Shown: one piece after another, positions 35,980 through 38,913 of the stretch
How the letters are laid out: each line of letters begins with the position of its first letter
Numbering within the stretch: position 1 is the first letter of the stretch
Origin: a virus
Lineage: Duplodnaviria; Caudoviricetes
Length of the DNA stretch: 38,913 bases
Reading direction: 5' to 3' (one strand)
Virus record (IMG/VR): IMGVR_UViG_3300031669_000100
Notes under the pieces: model-generated
The model's input: the letters and a program-made list of their open reading frames with translations, nothing else
Told to the model about the DNA's origin: nothing
Databases searched by the model: none
Position numbers and translations under genes: made by a program

Positions 35980-37226
35980 TGAGAACACCCATGGACCTAA
36001 CCCACATTTCTCTATTTACCGGAATTGGAGGCATAGACCTAGGGCTTGAGTGGGCTGGATTTCGAACCATTGCCACCTGCGATAATAGGCCATTTCCCTA
36101 TAAGCTGCTTAAAAAACGATTTCCAAACGCAATTCATCACACCGACATTTATGAAACAGACTTCACCGTATATGCAAACCATGCTACAATTCTCAGCGGA
36201 GGATTCCCATGCCAACCGTTCAGCATTGCCGGACTCCGGAGAGGCTCGCACGATGACCGCTACCTCTGGCCGGAAATGCGCCGAGCGTATAGGGAAGCCC
36301 AACCCAGCTGGATTATTGCTGAAAATGTGCCTGGCATCACCAGCATGGCGCTCAAGAATAGTTTTTCTACAGTGGAAAATAGTGCGCAAACCATCCGTTA
36401 CTACCAAAACATTCTACCCTCGATCATCGAGCAATTGGAGGCAGATGGCTACTCGCTCCCGTCAACACTTGATGGGCAACCAATCATACTGTCTATTCCA
36501 GCTGCAGGTGTCAACGCCCCGCACAAGCGGCAGCGAATCTTCATTATCGCTCATAAAAACTCCAACAGCAACGCTAATGGAAAGCTGCAAGCCGCATGGA
36601 GTGAGTGGTTCAACGGGAACGCTGGCACAGCAGGTAAGGTGGAACCTTCTGCCAACCATAACGGCATCGACTTCAACCTTTCAGGATTTAGTGCAGAGCA
36701 ACTTTCACAGTTCGAAACGTCCAAAATATTCGGAGATAACATTACCATCAATTCAAAAATTGCTTCCAACAATAACGTCCAGCGAAGCAAAGGCCGGTGC
36801 GGTTCCAGTGCTCGGCCGCCGATCGCAAAAAAAAACAGGGCAGAACTTCAGCTACAAGCTGATAGATTATGCCCACAGTGGATTGCTGCCAACGCCTTAT
36901 GCACTGGAAGGAAAAAAGGCGAGCAAGAATATGAATCAGAACTGCCTTACCAGAATGATAAAGCGGGGCGAGCTTATTCCAACGCCAACCTGTCAGGACA
37001 AGAAGAACTCAGCGCTTCCACCATCTCAGGTAGACAGGGATTCAATACCGGGCTACCTCTTGAGGCATGGAGCAGCTGGCCTACTCAATCCCCTATTTGT
37101 GGAGGAGATGATGGGATTCCCAATAGGGTGGACCGACTTGAGTCTTTAGGCAACGCGGTAGTTCCGCAGATACCATACATTATTGGAAGTTTTATACGAG
37201 AAATTGAAGAGTTACTTAACGAATAA
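35979..37226 (+). CDS. DNA (cytosine-5)-methyltransferase, alpha polypeptide
   Basis: Motif I LFTGIGG, IV GGFPCQPFS, VI ENVPG, VIII PHKRQRIFII, X LGNAVVPQ. Confidence 0.93.
   Translation: MRTPMDLTHISLFTGIGGIDLGLEWAGFRTIATCDNRPFPYKLLKKRFPNAIHHTDIYETDFTVYANHATILSGGFPCQPFSIAGLRRGSHDDRYLWPEMRRAYREAQPSWIIAENVPGITSMALKNSFSTVENSAQTIRYYQNILPSIIEQLEADGYSLPSTLDGQPIILSIPAAGVNAPHKRQRIFIIAHKNSNSNANGKLQAAWSEWFNGNAGTAGKVEPSANHNGIDFNLSGFSAEQLSQFETSKIFGDNITINSKIASNNNVQRSKGRCGSSARPPIAKKNRAELQLQADRLCPQWIAANALCTGRKKGEQEYESELPYQNDKAGRAYSNANLSGQEELSASTISGRQGFNTGLPLEAWSSWPTQSPICGGDDGIPNRVDRLESLGNAVVPQIPYIIGSFIREIEELLNE
36046..37149 (+). CDS. Nested +1-frame MTase beta polypeptide (TRD-like repeats and motif IX); real start uncertain, e.g. 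ATG 36325
   Basis: 367 open codons inside the MTase gene; four L(L/I)PT repeats; LNPLFVEEMMGFPIGWTD. Confidence 0.75.
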   Translation: MSGLDFEPLPPAIIGHFPISCLKNDFQTQFITPTFMKQTSPYMQTMLQFSAEDSHANRSALPDSGEARTMTATSGRKCAERIGKPNPAGLLLKMCLASPAWRSRIVFLQWKIVRKPSVTTKTFYPRSSSNWRQMATRSRQHLMGNQSYCLFQLQVSTPRTSGSESSLSLIKTPTATLMESCKPHGVSGSTGTLAQQVRWNLLPTITASTSTFQDLVQSNFHSSKRPKYSEITLPSIQKLLPTITSSEAKAGAVPVLGRRSQKKTGQNFSYKLIDYAHSGLLPTPYALEGKKASKNMNQNCLTRMIKRGELIPTPTCQDKKNSALPPSQVDRDSIPGYLLRHGAAGLLNPLFVEEMMGFPIGWTDLSL

Positions 37227-37239
37227 AGGAGAAATAGCC

Positions 37240-37863
37240 ATGAAAGGAATCCTCTTTAAAGATTTCCTGATAAAGCAGATTGCTGCAGGAGCCAAAACAA
37301 TGACACGTCGAACCAAGGGGTTGGAGGTAATTAATGAAGTGCCTTCTCGTTACATGCATACCGCGCATAATTTTAAAAATGGTCAATCCATTTTTTTAAA
37401 TATGCTTACCGGAGATAACGTTTTTGTTAAGCCAGAATACCTAATTGGCGAGGTAATTTACGTTAAGGAAAACTACATACCCGATTATTTTGCAGACCGA
37501 ACAACGGCCTACGGAACCGACTGGAACTCTGTTCCTGAACTTCTTATCCATAAACCAAAATACAAGAGCAAGCTAATGATGCCAGAGCGCGAGGCACGCT
37601 ACTTTTTAACCATTACCAACGTGCGTGTTGAACGGTTGAAGAGCATTACCGAGGCCGATGCCATTTCGGAGGGAGTGGAAACTATTCCACTGCAAGATAT
37701 TGTTGCATACAAAATGTATATGCCTTACAAGGGGTTTGAAATGTGGGTTACATCTGCAGTAGAGTCATTTTATTGGCTCATAAAATCAATTAGCGGTAAC
37801 GGAACTTGGGAAAATAACCCTTGGGTATGGGTGTATGAGTTTGAACTGAAAAAAAGAGATTAA
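37240..37863 (+). CDS. ASCH/PUA-like phage protein; start reassigned to ATG 37240
   Basis: MKGILF..GAKTMTRR; MPEREAR..ITNVRVERL..I...DAISEG; WENNPWVWVYEF. Confidence 0.8.
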   Translation: MKGILFKDFLIKQIAAGAKTMTRRTKGLEVINEVPSRYMHTAHNFKNGQSIFLNMLTGDNVFVKPEYLIGEVIYVKENYIPDYFADRTTAYGTDWNSVPELLIHKPKYKSKLMMPEREARYFLTITNVRVERLKSITEADAISEGVETIPLQDIVAYKMYMPYKGFEMWVTSAVESFYWLIKSISGNGTWENNPWVWVYEFELKKRD

Positions 37864-37908
37864 CTAATATACAAACTACTTTTCAAATTTAATTTAATAG
37901 CTAATAAA

Positions 37909-38325
37909 ATGGAGACAAAAAAACTAACTAAAAAGCGAACAGCCACCAGCGGAAGCAAGAAGGTGAAGCCTCACCGGTTTAACTCGGTGGGGGAAATAAT
38001 TAGCGATCCTATTTTTATTGGGATGGTGGAGCAAAAGGTGAAGGAGCTAAAAACTGGCAGGTTGTCGCGACCTGCGCCAAAGCCAGGCTTCTACTACAAG
38101 CGAGATTGGTACGATAGAATGCAGGATGAAGGCAACGTAACCAGCACGTTTTTCCTTACCAACATCGAAAGCATTTGGGCTAAAAAATCGAGCCTAAGCA
38201 GCGAGGTAAGGAGCATTGTTCAGCAGGTGTGCGAAAGGGCCCTGCGCGAAACCCTGTTGGCATACCATAAGCTGGAGGTTCATACGGAAGCAATTAATAA
38301 CCTCAGAAAAAAGGAGGAGCAATGA
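37909..38325 (+). CDS. Hypothetical protein
   Basis: ORF track; A-rich leader; ATGA overlap with the next gene. Confidence 0.7.
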   Translation: METKKLTKKRTATSGSKKVKPHRFNSVGEIISDPIFIGMVEQKVKELKTGRLSRPAPKPGFYYKRDWYDRMQDEGNVTSTFFLTNIESIWAKKSSLSSEVRSIVQQVCERALRETLLAYHKLEVHTEAINNLRKKEEQ

Positions 38326-38537
38326 AAAACCCAGGCTTGGGCGATTACCTTCTATGGGAGGGTAAACCAGCAAAAATTATTGGCGAAACGGATAGCAGAC
38401 AGGTAATAATAGATCTGCTCGAAAATTGCAAATGCCCACACTGCCAAGGCGACTTGGGCAAGAAGAAAATTCACGCCATTGTTTCTTCTCCCCAATTTCA
38501 GCAAGGAGCCGAAAAGATGCCAACGATTAAGGATTAA
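38322..38537 (+). CDS. Small hypothetical protein with a CPHC motif
   Basis: ORF track; coupled start. Confidence 0.65.
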   Translation: MKNPGLGDYLLWEGKPAKIIGETDSRQVIIDLLENCKCPHCQGDLGKKKIHAIVSSPQFQQGAEKMPTIKD

Positions 38538-38567
38538 AACCATAATCATTAACCTAATTTCAACATT

Positions 38568-38789
38568 ATGATTACAGAAAAAGAAGATTTCAATTATACC
38601 AGAGCCGCGAAAATAGACGTGAGCGATGGGTGTGTAAAATGTATCTGGCTGGAGCGTTCAAAGGAAACCGAGTTTGATAATGAAAATAGTGTAAGGCTAA
38701 CAGATGGTGAGAATGCTTTAATAGAGTTTGAAAATGGTAAAAAGATGATAATTACCAATAGCGAGTGGGCAAGTCTTAATTGGCTATAA
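38568..38789 (+). CDS. Small hypothetical protein, candidate gene-cassette ORF
   Basis: Its TAA lies in the TAAC of the attC-like site. Confidence 0.65.
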   Translation: MITEKEDFNYTRAAKIDVSDGCVKCIWLERSKETEFDNENSVRLTDGENALIEFENGKKMIITNSEWASLNWL

Positions 38790-38912
38790 CGGTGGTGGTA
38801 TGAAATCGAAGCGGATTGCGAGCTACACCATTTTCCCGATGCAGGGAAATTGGTACGGGTGATGCGCTTCGAGAACCACTTAAACCGCTTTGTTTTATAC
38901 AACGTGTTAACT
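38784..38912 (+). other. attC-like recombination site
   Basis: CTATAAC ... GTTAACT ends; imperfect arms GTGGTATGAAA-T-CGAAGCGG / CCGCTTTG-TTTTATACAAC; ~129 bp. Confidence 0.6.
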
Positions 38913-38913
38913 G

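Larger units (their letters stand above)
1..38913. mobile_element. Temperate siphovirus-like phage of a probable Bacteroidota host, near-complete, excised (attP) configuration
   Basis: Head, packaging, tail, lysis, integration, immunity and replication modules all present; no host housekeeping genes; attP-like site is internal and intact. Confidence 0.93.

Noticed and set aside
38594-38902. 102-aa minus-strand ORF across the attC-like site
   Set aside because: Antisense to ORF 38568 and to the palindrome; no recognisable motif
1-38913. Stop-codon reassignment as in some crAss-like phages
   Set aside because: TAG, TAA and TGA all end genes at tight junctions and coding density is high under code 11
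1-38913. Terminal repeat proving a closed circular genome
   Set aside because: First and last bases do not overlap and the first ORF lacks its start; some sequence is missing

Overview
The window is a near-complete genome of a temperate, long-tailed (siphovirus-like) phage, most likely of a Bacteroidota host. Host inference rests on TAnnTTTG -7 promoter boxes, A-rich starts without Shine-Dalgarno sequences, and Bacteroidota-type protein families. Gene order on +: putative late regulator, S49 protease/scaffold, capsid, tail tube, glycosyltransferase, terminases, a ~430-bp non-coding putative packaging region, portal, head-tail connectors, a two-gene moron, tape measure, lysis cassette, tail tip and LamG fibre. 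On - lie the tyrosine integrase, an intact attP (tRNA-Phe-like 3' end) and a CI-like repressor. The early operon on + follows: Cro, LuxR-type regulator, DUF4406, SSB-like protein, DnaG-helicase fusion, an iteron origin, a C5 methyltransferase and small accessory genes. The intact attP implies the excised or virion form; the two ends do not overlap. Highlights: (1) an integron attC-like hairpin whose R'' box holds the last ORF's stop codon, exactly where the sequence ends, with no IntI gene in the window; (2) a C5 methyltransferase with a fully nested +1-frame ORF carrying motif IX and four TRD-like repeats; (3) a GTCCTTTA late-promoter-like motif at fixed spacing before five late operons; (4) an operator palindrome shared by the cI/cro switch and the putative late activator promoter; (5) a T10 slippery site giving a 41-aa extension of a tail protein. 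All family calls come from motif recognition by eye; no database search was run.
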